Below, piece by piece: positions 27,864 through 37,153 of a DNA stretch of 64,000 nucleotides. How positions within the stretch are numbered: position 1 is the first letter of the stretch; each line of letters begins with the position of its first letter. Source of the DNA: an uncultured Verrucomicrobia subdivision 3 bacterium (GTDB taxonomy: Bacteria > Verrucomicrobiota > Verrucomicrobiia > Limisphaerales > UBA11358); NCBI GenBank assembly GCA_903865745.1, contig CAIPKV010000025.1, positions 1,907 through 65,906 of the forward strand, read 5' to 3'. The notes under the pieces were generated by a model. That model was not told the origin of the DNA and ran no database searches. It worked only from the letters and a program-made list of their open reading frames with translations. The translations under genes were made by a program, and so were the position numbers.

Positions 27864-28232
27864 TCAGTTCTTGATTAATTTCGCGCGTTGCAGCGCCGCG
27901 AGAAAATCCTTTTCCACCCCGGCAAAATCCTTTTGAACGATTGAGTTGCGCGCCACCAAAACCAGTTCCACCGGCGAAGCAAATTCGTGCTGGTGTAGCC
28001 GGAAGCTTTCGCGGAGCAAGCGCCGGGCGCGGCTGCGGGTGGGCGCATTACCAATTTTCTTGCTGGTGACGACGCCGAGCTTGGGAGTAGTGCCATCGGG
28101 CAGCTTATTCCAATTTGCAATAAGACAACCGAGCACAAGCCGATCCCCGCGCTGACGGACGCGTGCGAAATCGCGGTTTTGCGCGAGCCGCGACGAACGA
28201 CCCAGGCGCAGGCGTTTCGGCGCGGGATTCAC
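27864..28232 (-). CDS. rnpA: Ribonuclease P protein component
   Basis: 122 aa basic protein with an RNR-like motif (GNAPTRSRARRLLRE), immediately downstream of rpmH. Confidence 0.9.
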   Translation of the reverse strand: MNPAPKRLRLGRSSRLAQNRDFARVRQRGDRLVLGCLIANWNKLPDGTTPKLGVVTSKKIGNAPTRSRARRLLRESFRLHQHEFASPVELVLVARNSIVQKDFAGVEKDFLAALQRAKLIKN

Positions 28233-28236
28233 AAAA

Positions 28237-28374
28237 TCAAACCGGCGTCAGGCGTTTGCGGCCCACGCGGCGGCGGTTGGCCAGGGTGGCCTTGCCGCTC
28301 TTGGTAGAATTGCGGTTCAGAAACCCGTGCTGGCGTTTCCGGCGGATTTTCGACGGTTGATACTGGCGTTTCAT
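28237..28374 (-). CDS. rpmH: 50S ribosomal protein L34 (not in the ORF track, below its size cutoff)
   Basis: The reverse strand reads [45 protein letters not shown]-stop. ATG is at 28374-28372 and TGA at 28239-28237. Confidence 0.95.
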   Translation of the reverse strand: MKRQYQPSKIRRKRQHGFLNRNSTKSGKATLANRRRVGRKRLTPV

Positions 28375-28417
28375 AAAATTAAATAATTCGTAACCGGCGC
28401 AAAAACCGGAGCGTGGG

Positions 28418-28445
28418 AGAATAGCAACGAGCGGCCTTGTGTCAA
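28418..28445 (-). promoter_or_regulatory. Candidate sigma-70-type promoter for rpmH-rnpA-yidD-yidC-jag
   Basis: On the minus strand there is TTGACA (28445-28440), a 16-nt spacer, then TATTCT (28423-28418). Confidence 0.3.
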
Positions 28446-28460
28446 GAAAGGCTTCACCGG

Positions 28461-29903
28461 TTACTTCACATTCAATTCGCGCTGGATGCGGAACTTTTCG
28501 ATGCGCTTGCGCAGCGTCGCGCGGGTGATGCCGAGCATTTGGGCGGCGTGAACCTGATTGTCGTTCGTTTCGATTAGCGCCTGAATCACCAACTCGCGCT
28601 CGACGGCGGGAATAATCTTCAGTTTTGGGTCGCGCTTGGCAATTTGGAAGAGCTGGCGTGCGAGCGCAGTGGCATCGGTGGTAGTGCCTTCCCCAGTGGC
28701 ATTATTGGTGGGCGGCGCGGCCACGCCGGTGGCGGCCCCGGAAATTTCCGGCGGTAAATCCCCCGACAAAATGGCGTCGCTCTTGGCGAGCACGTGCGCG
28801 CGGCGGATGGCGTTCTCCAATTCGCGGACGTTGCCCGGCCAATGATATTTCTCAAACAGCTTGATGGCGGCGCTCGCGATTGATTTCGGCTTGCGATTCA
28901 TTTCGCGCGCGATTTTCTCCAGAAAATAATTCACCAGCAGCGGAATATCGTCGCGGCGCTCGCGCAAGGGCGGCAAATGAATCCGCACCACGTTCAACCG
29001 ATAGAACAAATCCTCGCGAAACTGGCGCGCAGCCACCGCCGCCTCCAGCGGTTTGTTCGTAGCGGCGATGACGCGCACATCCACCTGCAAAGGCGTATTG
29101 CCGCCGACGCGCTCGAAGGTGCCGGATTGCAGCACGCGCAAGATTTTCGTCTGCGTGGCCGGCGTCATGTCGCCGATTTCATCGAGGAAGATTGTGCCCT
29201 TGTTGCATTGCTCGAATTTGCCGATGCGCTGCACCGTCGCGCCGGTGAAGGCGCCCTTCTCGTGACCGAACAATTCGCTTTCCAGCAATTGCTCGGGAAT
29301 CGCCGCGCAGTTCACCGCGAGAAACGGCTGCGTGGCGCGGTCGCTATGATGATAAATCGCGCGGGCTACCAACTCCTTGCCGGTACCGCTTTCGCCAGTG
29401 ATGAGGGCGGTGGTATCCGTCGCGGCAATCTGGCCGATCAGCTTGAAGACGCCTTGCATCGGCCCGCTGCGACCGATGATACCGAGCTCGTAATCCTCCG
29501 ATTCTAGCAGCGGTGCGTATGAGACCACCTGTTTCATGTCGCGCGCGGCCTTGAGCGCGTTGGCGATGACCTCCTTAAGCTTGGGAATATCGAACGGCTT
29601 TAGCAGATAATCATAAGCGCCCAGCTTCATCGCCTCGATGGCGGTCTGGGTGGTGCCGTAGGCGGTCATCAAGATAACGAGCAGCTTCGGGTCGCTCTGG
29701 CGGATTTTGCGAAGCGTCTCCATGCCGGTCATACCGGTCATGCGGACGTCCATCAGCACGAGGTCGGGCTTGAACTTGGGGATGACTTTTAAACCTTCCT
29801 CACCGCTGCCAGCGGTCGCGAGTTCAATTTCTCCGGAGGCGAGGATGCGTTGCAGCGAATACCGCACGTCTTCTTCATCATCAATCAACAACAGCTTGCT
29901 CAT
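28461..29903 (-). CDS. Sigma-54-dependent response regulator (NtrC family: REC + AAA+ + Fis-type HTH)
   Basis: REC domain ([10 protein letters not shown]...[14 protein letters not shown]), Walker [15 protein letters not shown] loop, [10 protein letters not shown], and a C-terminal HTH ([16 protein letters not shown]). ATG at 29903 is preferred over the longer track ORF. Confidence 0.9.
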   Translation of the reverse strand: MSKLLLIDDEEDVRYSLQRILASGEIELATAGSGEEGLKVIPKFKPDLVLMDVRMTGMTGMETLRKIRQSDPKLLVILMTAYGTTQTAIEAMKLGAYDYLLKPFDIPKLKEVIANALKAARDMKQVVSYAPLLESEDYELGIIGRSGPMQGVFKLIGQIAATDTTALITGESGTGKELVARAIYHHSDRATQPFLAVNCAAIPEQLLESELFGHEKGAFTGATVQRIGKFEQCNKGTIFLDEIGDMTPATQTKILRVLQSGTFERVGGNTPLQVDVRVIAATNKPLEAAVAARQFREDLFYRLNVVRIHLPPLRERRDDIPLLVNYFLEKIAREMNRKPKSIASAAIKLFEKYHWPGNVRELENAIRRAHVLAKSDAILSGDLPPEISGAATGVAAPPTNNATGEGTTTDATALARQLFQIAKRDPKLKIIPAVERELVIQALIETNDNQVHAAQMLGITRATLRKRIEKFRIQRELNVK

Positions 29904-30046
29904 ATGCCTATGATAATTGCTGGCGCAGGAATGAACACTGTATTTTTGCTGCCTTTGGTTATTTGCAGCCGACACCACCGGCCTGATTCGCTGTTTGACC
30001 AAACTGGCGCGGCGACCTAAACTAGCTGCTCGTTTTTTATTTTATT

Positions 30047-31645
30047 ATGAAAATTATCATCTGCGACCCCATCTCCCCCAAAGGTATTGCCCTGCTCCAA
30101 TCGCGCCCGGAATTCAACGTCGTGGTTTTGCCCAAGCGTTTGTCCGAAGCGGAACTCCTGCCGCTCGTCGCCGACGCCACCGCCCTCGTCGTCCGCTCGG
30201 AAACCAAGGTGACCAAGAAGGTCATCGAGGCCGCGAAACAATTGCGCGTGGTCGGCCGCGCCGGGGTCGGCGTGGATAATGTGGATATTGACGCGGGCAC
30301 CCAGCACGGCGTGGTCGTGATGAATACGCCCGGCGGCAACACGGTTACCACCGCGGAATTGACCTTCACCATGCTGCTCTCGCTCGCGCGCAAGGTGCCG
30401 CAGGCGCACGCGACGATGGTCGCGGGCAAGTGGGATCGCAAATTGTTCCAGGGTGTCGAGCTGCAAGGCAAGACGCTCGGTGTGCTGGGCATGGGCCGCA
30501 TCGGCACGGAAGTCGCCAAGCGCGCGATTGCCTTCGGCATGAAGGTGGTGGCCTATGATCCTTACCTCACGGAAGACCGCGCGAAGGCGATCGGTGCGGA
30601 ATTCGCCGCGGACTTGGACGCGGTCTATCGCGTGGCCGATTTCATCACGGTGCACATGCCGGTGACGAAGGAGACGAAGGAAATGTTGAACGCCGCAGCC
30701 TTCGCGAAGATGAAGCCGGGCGTGAAGATCGTGAATTGCGCGCGCGGCGAAATCATTTCGGAAGCGGATTTGATCGCAGCGTTGGAATCCAACAAGGTGG
30801 CGGGTGCGGCACTGGATGTTTTCGCCGTGGAACCGTTGCCAGCGGATCATCCCTATCGCAAACAGGCCAATCTCATTCTCACGCCGCACCTCGGCGCGAG
30901 CACGGAGGAAGCGCAGGAGAAGTGCGGTATCGAAGTGGCCGAAGTCATCGCGGGCTATCTGCTGACCGGCGAAGTCCGTAACGCGGTGAACCTGCCTTAC
31001 CTCGACGCGAAGACTTACGAACAGGTAAAACCGTATCTGCCGCTGGGCGAGGCGCTGGGCAAATTGCTCGCGCAGCTCACGCCGGCGAATGCGGACAAGC
31101 TGCACATCACTTATGGCGGCAATGCGCGGCTGCTTCCGAACATTGATCCGGTGACGCGCGCCATCATTCGCGGCTTTTTGTCCACGAGCAACTTGAAGGA
31201 TGTCAATAATGTGAACGTCCGCAGCGTGGCGCAGAGCATCGGCATCACGGTCGAAGAAAAGAAATCGGATGAGCCGGTGACGTTCAACGAATGGGTGCAT
31301 GTCCAGGTGTTCAGCAACGGCAAGAAACTGATTTCAGCGGGCGGGACGTTCTTTGGTTCGCCGAATAATCCGCGCATCGTGCGGTTGTACAGCCAGTCGG
31401 TGGAGATTCCGGTCACGGGCACGTTGTTGCTGCTGAACAACACGGACAAGCCGGGCATCGTGGGTCATCTCGGCACCCTCCTCGGCAAGCATAAGGTTAA
31501 TATTGCCAGCATGAGCCTCGGCCGCGACACAGTGGGCGGTCTAGCGCTGACGGTGTTGAGCCTCGACAGCGTGCCGCCGGCGGCTTTGCTGGAAGAGCTG
31601 AAAAAAGACCATGACATCAGCAACGTAAAAGTAGTAACCTTGTGA
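30047..31645 (+). CDS. serA: D-3-phosphoglycerate dehydrogenase (long form with ASB and ACT domains)
   Basis: 532 aa. NAD-binding GxGxxG (GVLGMGRIGTEV), the catalytic region of 2-hydroxyacid dehydrogenases, and a C-terminal ACT domain. Confidence 0.95.
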   Translation: MKIIICDPISPKGIALLQSRPEFNVVVLPKRLSEAELLPLVADATALVVRSETKVTKKVIEAAKQLRVVGRAGVGVDNVDIDAGTQHGVVVMNTPGGNTVTTAELTFTMLLSLARKVPQAHATMVAGKWDRKLFQGVELQGKTLGVLGMGRIGTEVAKRAIAFGMKVVAYDPYLTEDRAKAIGAEFAADLDAVYRVADFITVHMPVTKETKEMLNAAAFAKMKPGVKIVNCARGEIISEADLIAALESNKVAGAALDVFAVEPLPADHPYRKQANLILTPHLGASTEEAQEKCGIEVAEVIAGYLLTGEVRNAVNLPYLDAKTYEQVKPYLPLGEALGKLLAQLTPANADKLHITYGGNARLLPNIDPVTRAIIRGFLSTSNLKDVNNVNVRSVAQSIGITVEEKKSDEPVTFNEWVHVQVFSNGKKLISAGGTFFGSPNNPRIVRLYSQSVEIPVTGTLLLLNNTDKPGIVGHLGTLLGKHKVNIASMSLGRDTVGGLALTVLSLDSVPPAALLEELKKDHDISNVKVVTL

Positions 31646-31699
31646 TTCTGTTTTTGAACCGAAACTAAAATTGTCAGTCGAAAGTCCAACTAAACTTAA

Positions 31700-32824
31700 A
31701 TGAAACTTAAATTGATCCTGTCCGCCGCGCTGATGGCCGGTGTGATTTCCGCCACCGCCGCCACCGAATCCCCTGTAGCGGCCCTCGGCACGAACGCCAG
31801 CCCGGAAGCGACCATTAAGGCGCTGTTCGGCGACCCGGCGATCGTCACGGCAAAGGGATTTGACATCAAACAGAGCGAGTTGGACCAGGTTTTGACGGGT
31901 GCCAAGGCGAATGCCGCCGCGCAAGGCCAGCAATTGCCGTCGGAATTCTCCATCGCCATCCTGAATCAGCTGATCACCATCCAGTGCTTGCTGCAAAAGG
32001 CGACGCCCGCCGATCACGCCGCTGGCGACGTCGAAGCGGATTTGCAATACACGAACCTCGTCAAGCGCTTCGGCTCGGTGGAAGCCTTTAACCGCCAGCT
32101 CAAGGCCGTCGGCATGACGGTGGAAGAACTCCGCACGAAGGCTTCGCAGGAAGCCACGGCCAAGGCGACGCTCAAGCGTGAGCTGAACATCTCCGTGACG
32201 GACGAACAGGCCAAGGCGTTTTACGCGAAGCACGCGGCGGAGTTTGAGCAGCCGGAAACGGCGCATGTCCGGCACATTTTGCTGATGACCATTGATCCGG
32301 CCACACGGACGCCGCTGCCGACCAACACCATTGCGGCCAAACGCAAACAAATTGACGCCTTGCTCGTGCAGATTCGCGGCGGCGCGGACTTTGCGACGCT
32401 GGCCAAGCAGTATTCGGAAGATCCCGGCTCGAAGGATAATGGCGGCGAACTGCCGGCTTTCCCCCGCGGCCAGATGGTGCCGGAGTTTGAGACGACGGCG
32501 TTTTCGCTGACGAACAATCAGGTGAGCGATGTCATCACCACGCAGTTCGGTTACCACATCATTCAGATGATTGATAAGACGCCGGCCAAGACGTATGCCT
32601 ACACGGATACTTTGCCGCAGATCAACAAGACCGTGGCCGACATCTGCAAGGGCGAAGTGGAGTCGGACCAGATCAAAGCGCTGGCCCCGGCTTACGTTAA
32701 AAACCTGCGCAGTGAGTTGGCGGTGACCATTGTCGACCCAACGCTGAAGGCGCTGGATGACAGCGTCCGCGCCCAGGCCGAAGCCGCCGGCACGAATGCC
32801 GCAGCGGCCGCTCCGGCTAATTAA
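31700..32824 (+). CDS. Periplasmic peptidyl-prolyl isomerase, SurA/PrsA-like parvulin
   Basis: Signal peptide, SurA-N-like chaperone region, and a PpiC/rotamase domain (AHVRHILL...GGELPAFPRGQMVPEFE...GYHII). Confidence 0.85.
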   Translation: MKLKLILSAALMAGVISATAATESPVAALGTNASPEATIKALFGDPAIVTAKGFDIKQSELDQVLTGAKANAAAQGQQLPSEFSIAILNQLITIQCLLQKATPADHAAGDVEADLQYTNLVKRFGSVEAFNRQLKAVGMTVEELRTKASQEATAKATLKRELNISVTDEQAKAFYAKHAAEFEQPETAHVRHILLMTIDPATRTPLPTNTIAAKRKQIDALLVQIRGGADFATLAKQYSEDPGSKDNGGELPAFPRGQMVPEFETTAFSLTNNQVSDVITTQFGYHIIQMIDKTPAKTYAYTDTLPQINKTVADICKGEVESDQIKALAPAYVKNLRSELAVTIVDPTLKALDDSVRAQAEAAGTNAAAAAPAN

Positions 32825-32877
32825 GCAGCGCACGCGGGCTTGACAAAACCACGGCAACGGCGGACAAATTCAATAGT

Positions 32878-33645
32878 ATGAAGCTTAAAATTGTAATTGT
32901 TGTTCTGGCCATTGCCTGCATCGGACTGCTCATCGGGCTGCTCTCCGTCAAGAAACAGGGCGAGGAACAGCACGCCGCCGACTTGAGTTCCATTGTGGAT
33001 TTTTCCAATCAAGTTGTGAACGCCGACTTGAAAATCAACGACCTGAACCAGGTCAATCTCATGCTCACGAATGATCTGGCGTTGAGCCAGCAGCAGGCCG
33101 CGCAGCTTTCGAACAGCCTTTCGGCGGCGCAGGCGACGATTGCTGAAAGCCGGACGACCATTGCCAACGCCCAGCAAGAGATTACCAACCTCAACAGCCG
33201 CATTGGTGACTTGGAAGTGCAGAACAAGGTGCTCGACCAGCAGGCCAGCGAACTCTCCAACACCATTGCCAAGCTGAACTCTTTGATTGCCGATACCCAA
33301 AGCAAACTGGGCCTCTCGGAAAGCAACAGCGTCTATCTCCAGCAGGAACTTCAGAAGCAGATGGCGCAGAAAGCGGAGATTGAACACAAATTCAACGATG
33401 TGGACGAGCTCCGCCAGCAGGTCCGGAAAATCAAGGACGACCTCTTTGTCGCCCGCCGCCTGCAACTCATGAAGAATGACAACAGCCAGAAAAAAGGTGC
33501 TCAATTGCTAATTCAGCGCAGCGTACCGGCGACCAATAATCCCGTCACCACGCCGAATTACGGTCTGAACGTAGAAGTCGGCTCCGATGGCTCGGTGAAG
33601 GTTATTCCGCCGCTCGGCGCCGCCACGAATTCTCCCGCGCATTAA
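32878..33645 (+). CDS. Membrane-anchored coiled-coil protein, function unknown
   Basis: An N-terminal TM helix followed by about 180 aa of Q/L/N-rich heptad sequence. Confidence 0.6.
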   Translation: MKLKIVIVVLAIACIGLLIGLLSVKKQGEEQHAADLSSIVDFSNQVVNADLKINDLNQVNLMLTNDLALSQQQAAQLSNSLSAAQATIAESRTTIANAQQEITNLNSRIGDLEVQNKVLDQQASELSNTIAKLNSLIADTQSKLGLSESNSVYLQQELQKQMAQKAEIEHKFNDVDELRQQVRKIKDDLFVARRLQLMKNDNSQKKGAQLLIQRSVPATNNPVTTPNYGLNVEVGSDGSVKVIPPLGAATNSPAH

Positions 33646-33651
33646 GCCGCC

Positions 33652-33963
33652 ATGCCCACCTACGAATACGTCTGCAAAAAATGCGGCCGTAAGTTTGAAG
33701 CGGTTCAGTCCATGTCCGCCCCAGCCTTGACGATTTGTCCGAAGGACATTTGCACGGAGAAAAAATGGGGCCGCGGCAAGGTCACTAAACAAATCGGTGC
33801 CGGTGCCGGCCTGCTCTTCAAGGGCGGTGGCTTTTACATCACTGACTACCGTAGTGAAGGTTATAAGTCAGCGGCGAAGAAAGATTCCGCCCCCGCCAAG
33901 ACGGAAACCAAAACCGAAGCCAAGCCTGCCCCCAAGCCCGCCGCCAAACCGGATAAAAAATGA
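33652..33963 (+). CDS. FmdB-family zinc-ribbon protein (CxxC...C)
   Basis: MPTYEYVCKKCGRKFE is the hallmark FmdB/TIGR02605 N-terminus. The C-terminal tail is Lys/Pro-rich. Confidence 0.8.
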   Translation: MPTYEYVCKKCGRKFEAVQSMSAPALTICPKDICTEKKWGRGKVTKQIGAGAGLLFKGGGFYITDYRSEGYKSAAKKDSAPAKTETKTEAKPAPKPAAKPDKK

Positions 33964-35309
33964 ACCATCCGCGCTTGGTCTGCGCAGTCGTTGCCGGCCT
34001 GATGCTGTTTCTCAACGCCGCTCGCAGTCAGTCGTCATTTCTCGCCGCCAACACCACCAGCAGCGTCTCCGGGCAGTTCATCATCTCTACCGCGGCAGAC
34101 AACCATCCTTACTTTAGCCGCCCCGACGCGGGCACCAACGCCGAACTGGTCCGGCTGGAACCTTCATTGCTTGCCGTTTCCGCCGAACGCTTCAAGGCCG
34201 CGCTTCGCAAACAACTCGGCCTCGCCGCCGATGCGCCATGGAGCGGTAAGATTTATCTCGTGCTGCGCCCGGCACACTCTTCGGATGAACCGGTGAACAT
34301 CGCTGTACAACCCTTTATCCGAAATTGGAACTATCGGCTCGAACTGCCGGATTTGATTTCCCGCAATCGCTGCGCGCGTGCATTAAGCGCCGTACTGCTG
34401 TTGGAATTCGCCAACCGCAATACCCCCGTCAACGGGAGCGCCGCCTTCCCCCCCGACTGGCTGGTGGACGGCCTGGCCCGGGAAATTTTGGAATCGGCCG
34501 AGACCAAAGTGATTCTGTCCGCACCCGCCAAGACCCTCAACAGCATTCCTCAGACGCGGCTCAATGAAAAGATGCACGGGCTTGACCCGCTCGCCGCCGC
34601 GCGTACCGTGCTGCAAAATTTTCCCGCGCTGACCTTCGAGCAGCTCGGCTGGCCGACCGACGCACAATTGAATGGCGACGACGGCGGCGTGTATCGCGCC
34701 AGCGCGCAACTCTTCGTCCACGACCTGCTCGCCTTGAAAAATGGCCCGGCCAATATGCGCACCTTCCTCGCCGAGCTGCCGGCGCACGCGAACTGGCAAA
34801 CCGCCTTCTACGACGCCTACCGCGAAGATTTCCGCCGTCCGCTTGATGTGGAAAAATGGTGGTCGCTGCGCGTTGTCGGCTTTGCCATGCGCGCACCCGG
34901 CCCGCGCTGGACGCCGTCCATCAGCCGCGACAAGCTGGATGCCGCCCTAGCCGTTCCCGTGAACGTCCGCTACTCGTCCAACGCCCTCCCCTCGTATTCG
35001 GAAATTTCACTTCAAGCCGTACTCCAAAATTTCTCGCCGGATCAGCAGGCGGAAACGCTCCAGACCCGATTGCGCGACCTGGAATTGATTCAGCTGCGCC
35101 TGACGCCCGCACTCGCGCCGATTGCGGCGGGCTACAGCAAGGTTCTTGCAGATTACTTAGGCCAGCATAAAAAGGCCGTGCGGCATCGGCCCGCCGACGT
35201 CGCTTCGACAGTGAAACAACTGGATGCGCTCGACGCGCGCCGGCGTGAGGCGGTGTCAAAATTGACGCTCAACGCGCTGCCGCCGGATTTGAACCTCAAT
35301 GCGCCCTGA
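33960..35309 (+). CDS. Secreted hypothetical protein (449 aa)
   Basis: Signal peptide (VVAGLMLFLNAARSQS) and an ATGA start/stop overlap with the preceding gene. I recognise no family. Confidence 0.6.
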   Translation: MNHPRLVCAVVAGLMLFLNAARSQSSFLAANTTSSVSGQFIISTAADNHPYFSRPDAGTNAELVRLEPSLLAVSAERFKAALRKQLGLAADAPWSGKIYLVLRPAHSSDEPVNIAVQPFIRNWNYRLELPDLISRNRCARALSAVLLLEFANRNTPVNGSAAFPPDWLVDGLAREILESAETKVILSAPAKTLNSIPQTRLNEKMHGLDPLAAARTVLQNFPALTFEQLGWPTDAQLNGDDGGVYRASAQLFVHDLLALKNGPANMRTFLAELPAHANWQTAFYDAYREDFRRPLDVEKWWSLRVVGFAMRAPGPRWTPSISRDKLDAALAVPVNVRYSSNALPSYSEISLQAVLQNFSPDQQAETLQTRLRDLELIQLRLTPALAPIAAGYSKVLADYLGQHKKAVRHRPADVASTVKQLDALDARRREAVSKLTLNALPPDLNLNAP

Positions 35310-35359
35310 CGCTCAACTTGACAGGCTGCAAAGCCGACTTATAGTGCGTTTACTGAAAA

Positions 35360-36598
35360 ATGCAGGCTGAAAACTTATCTACGGCTAGCGGGGAGCCGCC
35401 TTCGGGCAACTCATTACCGAACTTAAAAACCTTCCGTTCCGCCGGGCGCGGCTATTGGCACGATGTTGCGGACGCCGACTGGAACGACTGGCGCTGGCAG
35501 CTTAAACACCGCATCACGACGGTGGAGCAATTGCAGAAATTTCTCCCCACGCTGACGCCCGAAGAATATGCCGGTGCCAAGCTCGCGAACACCAAGCTCG
35601 CACTCGCCATCACGCCCTATTTCTTTAATCTCATCAATCCGGCAGATGAAAACTGCCCCATCCGCTTGCAAGTCATTCCCAAGCTGGCCGAGACGCACAC
35701 CGCGTCGTGGGAGATGAGCGACCCGTGCGGCGAAGATTCGCATTCGCCTGTGCCCGGACTCGTGCATCGTTATCCCGACCGCGTGTTGTTTCTGGTGACG
35801 GATCGTTGCGCGGCGTATTGCCGCTATTGCACGCGCTCGCGGCTCGTCAGCAATGCGACCGGCTACGACTTCCATCCGGAGTTTGACAAGCAAATCGCCT
35901 ACATCGCCGCGCACCCAGAAATCCGCGACGTCCTCCTGAGCGGCGGCGACCCGCTGCTGTTAAGCGACGAGAAGCTGGAAAATCTGTTGAGCCGGCTGCG
36001 CGCCATTCCGCACGTCGAGTTTCTCCGCATCGGCTCGCGCATCCCGACGTTTTTGCCGCAGCGCATCACGCCGGAATTGTGCGCGATGCTCAAACAGTTT
36101 CATCCGCTCTTCCTGAGCATCCACTCGAATCATCCGCGCGAGCTCACCACCGAAGTGCGCGCCGCCCTGGGCCGGCTCGCCGACGCCGGCATCCCGCTGG
36201 GCAACCAGACCGTGCTGCTCAAGCACGTCAACGACGACGCCGATGTGATGAAGGCGCATTTGCAAAAGCTGCTCATGTGCCGCGTCAAACCGTATTACAT
36301 CTATCAATGCGATTTGATTGCCGGCTCCGCCCACCTGCGCGCGAGCGTGCGCACGGGCCTGGCCATCATGGAGAAATTGCGCGGCCACACGACCGGTTAC
36401 GCCGTGCCGACCTATGTGATCGACGCTCCCGGCGGCGGCGGCAAGGTGCCGGTGAGTCCGGAATACGTCTTGAGCCGCAATGCCGACCGCGTCGTCATCC
36501 GCAACTTCGAGGGTAAAATCTTCGAGTATCCCGAAGCTGCCGACGGCAGTCCGCTCAGCCAGCCGCCAAATGAAATTGTAGCTCCGGAGCTGGTTTAA
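35360..36598 (+). CDS. kamA: Lysine 2,3-aminomutase (KamA-family radical SAM enzyme)
   Basis: Radical-SAM CxxxCxxC (CAAYCRYCTRS), SGGDPL, and KamA-type N- and C-terminal regions. Length is 412 aa. Confidence 0.9.
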   Translation: MQAENLSTASGEPPSGNSLPNLKTFRSAGRGYWHDVADADWNDWRWQLKHRITTVEQLQKFLPTLTPEEYAGAKLANTKLALAITPYFFNLINPADENCPIRLQVIPKLAETHTASWEMSDPCGEDSHSPVPGLVHRYPDRVLFLVTDRCAAYCRYCTRSRLVSNATGYDFHPEFDKQIAYIAAHPEIRDVLLSGGDPLLLSDEKLENLLSRLRAIPHVEFLRIGSRIPTFLPQRITPELCAMLKQFHPLFLSIHSNHPRELTTEVRAALGRLADAGIPLGNQTVLLKHVNDDADVMKAHLQKLLMCRVKPYYIYQCDLIAGSAHLRASVRTGLAIMEKLRGHTTGYAVPTYVIDAPGGGGKVPVSPEYVLSRNADRVVIRNFEGKIFEYPEAADGSPLSQPPNEIVAPELV

Positions 36599-36740
36599 GG
36601 GTCGCCCCTGACGGAGCGTGCTTCCTTGGTGTTGCCACATCTATCTCAGTGCCAGCCCAACCGGCTTCGCTCCCCCCGTTCGCACCAAGGGACAACCTAA
36701 CCATGGTTAGGCGGAAGCCACAGCCGCATCTTTGGTTGAG

Positions 36741-36971
36741 GCATCCGCGTGTTGGTTTGCCACAGCCGCGTGTTTACTTGGAGCATTCCCGTGTTTGTTT
36801 GAGGCAAGCGCGGATTCACTTGAGCCATTCCCGTGTTTACTTACCGCAAGTGAATACGCGCTCGGGGCATTCCCGTATTCACTTGCCCCATGCGCGTGTT
36901 TGGTTGGGGCATTCGCCTACGCGAATGCCCCATTTGAATACGCGCTCGGGCCAAATGAATACGCGGATGTG
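36741..36971. repeat. Tandem array B: 11 units of exactly 21 bp in two mutually complementary subtypes (GCATTCCCGTGTTTACTTG / GCAAGTGAATACGCGCTCGGG)
   Basis: The anchor C(G/C)CGTG sits at 36746, 36767, 36788, 36809, 36830, 36872, 36893 and 36914, all offsets of 21 or 42. There is a perfect 13-bp hairpin at 36846-36858/36874-36886 and a perfect 12-bp hairpin at 36905-36916/36921-36932. Confidence 0.9.
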
Positions 36972-37153
36972 GTGTCCCGAACGTGGAAAATGCTGGAAAA
37001 CCCGCCTTTTGCCCCGGTTAAGACGGAAATGGCGCGGTTCCGTGGTAAAACGGCGGGTTCAGCATCAAAATCGGCGGCCGCAAAGTTTGCTTGGTCTAGT
37101 TGCCGCTTCTTGTTTAAACTTTCACGACAGTTTTGAATCAAAAGGAACATTTT

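Noticed and set aside
27864-30002. Replication origin / dnaA region next to rpmH-rnpA-yidC
   Set aside because: rpmH is followed upstream by a sigma-54 activator on the same strand, not by dnaA. The only DnaA-box-like 9-mers seen (near 12660, 15958 and 27258) are isolated and lie inside coding regions. There is no AT-rich unwinding element with clustered boxes.
30017-32857. Long minus-strand ORFs (30017-31300, 31541-32857) opposite serA and the PPIase gene
   Set aside because: These are antisense shadow ORFs with an R/H/G/D-rich low-information translation. The plus-strand genes have unambiguous domain signatures.
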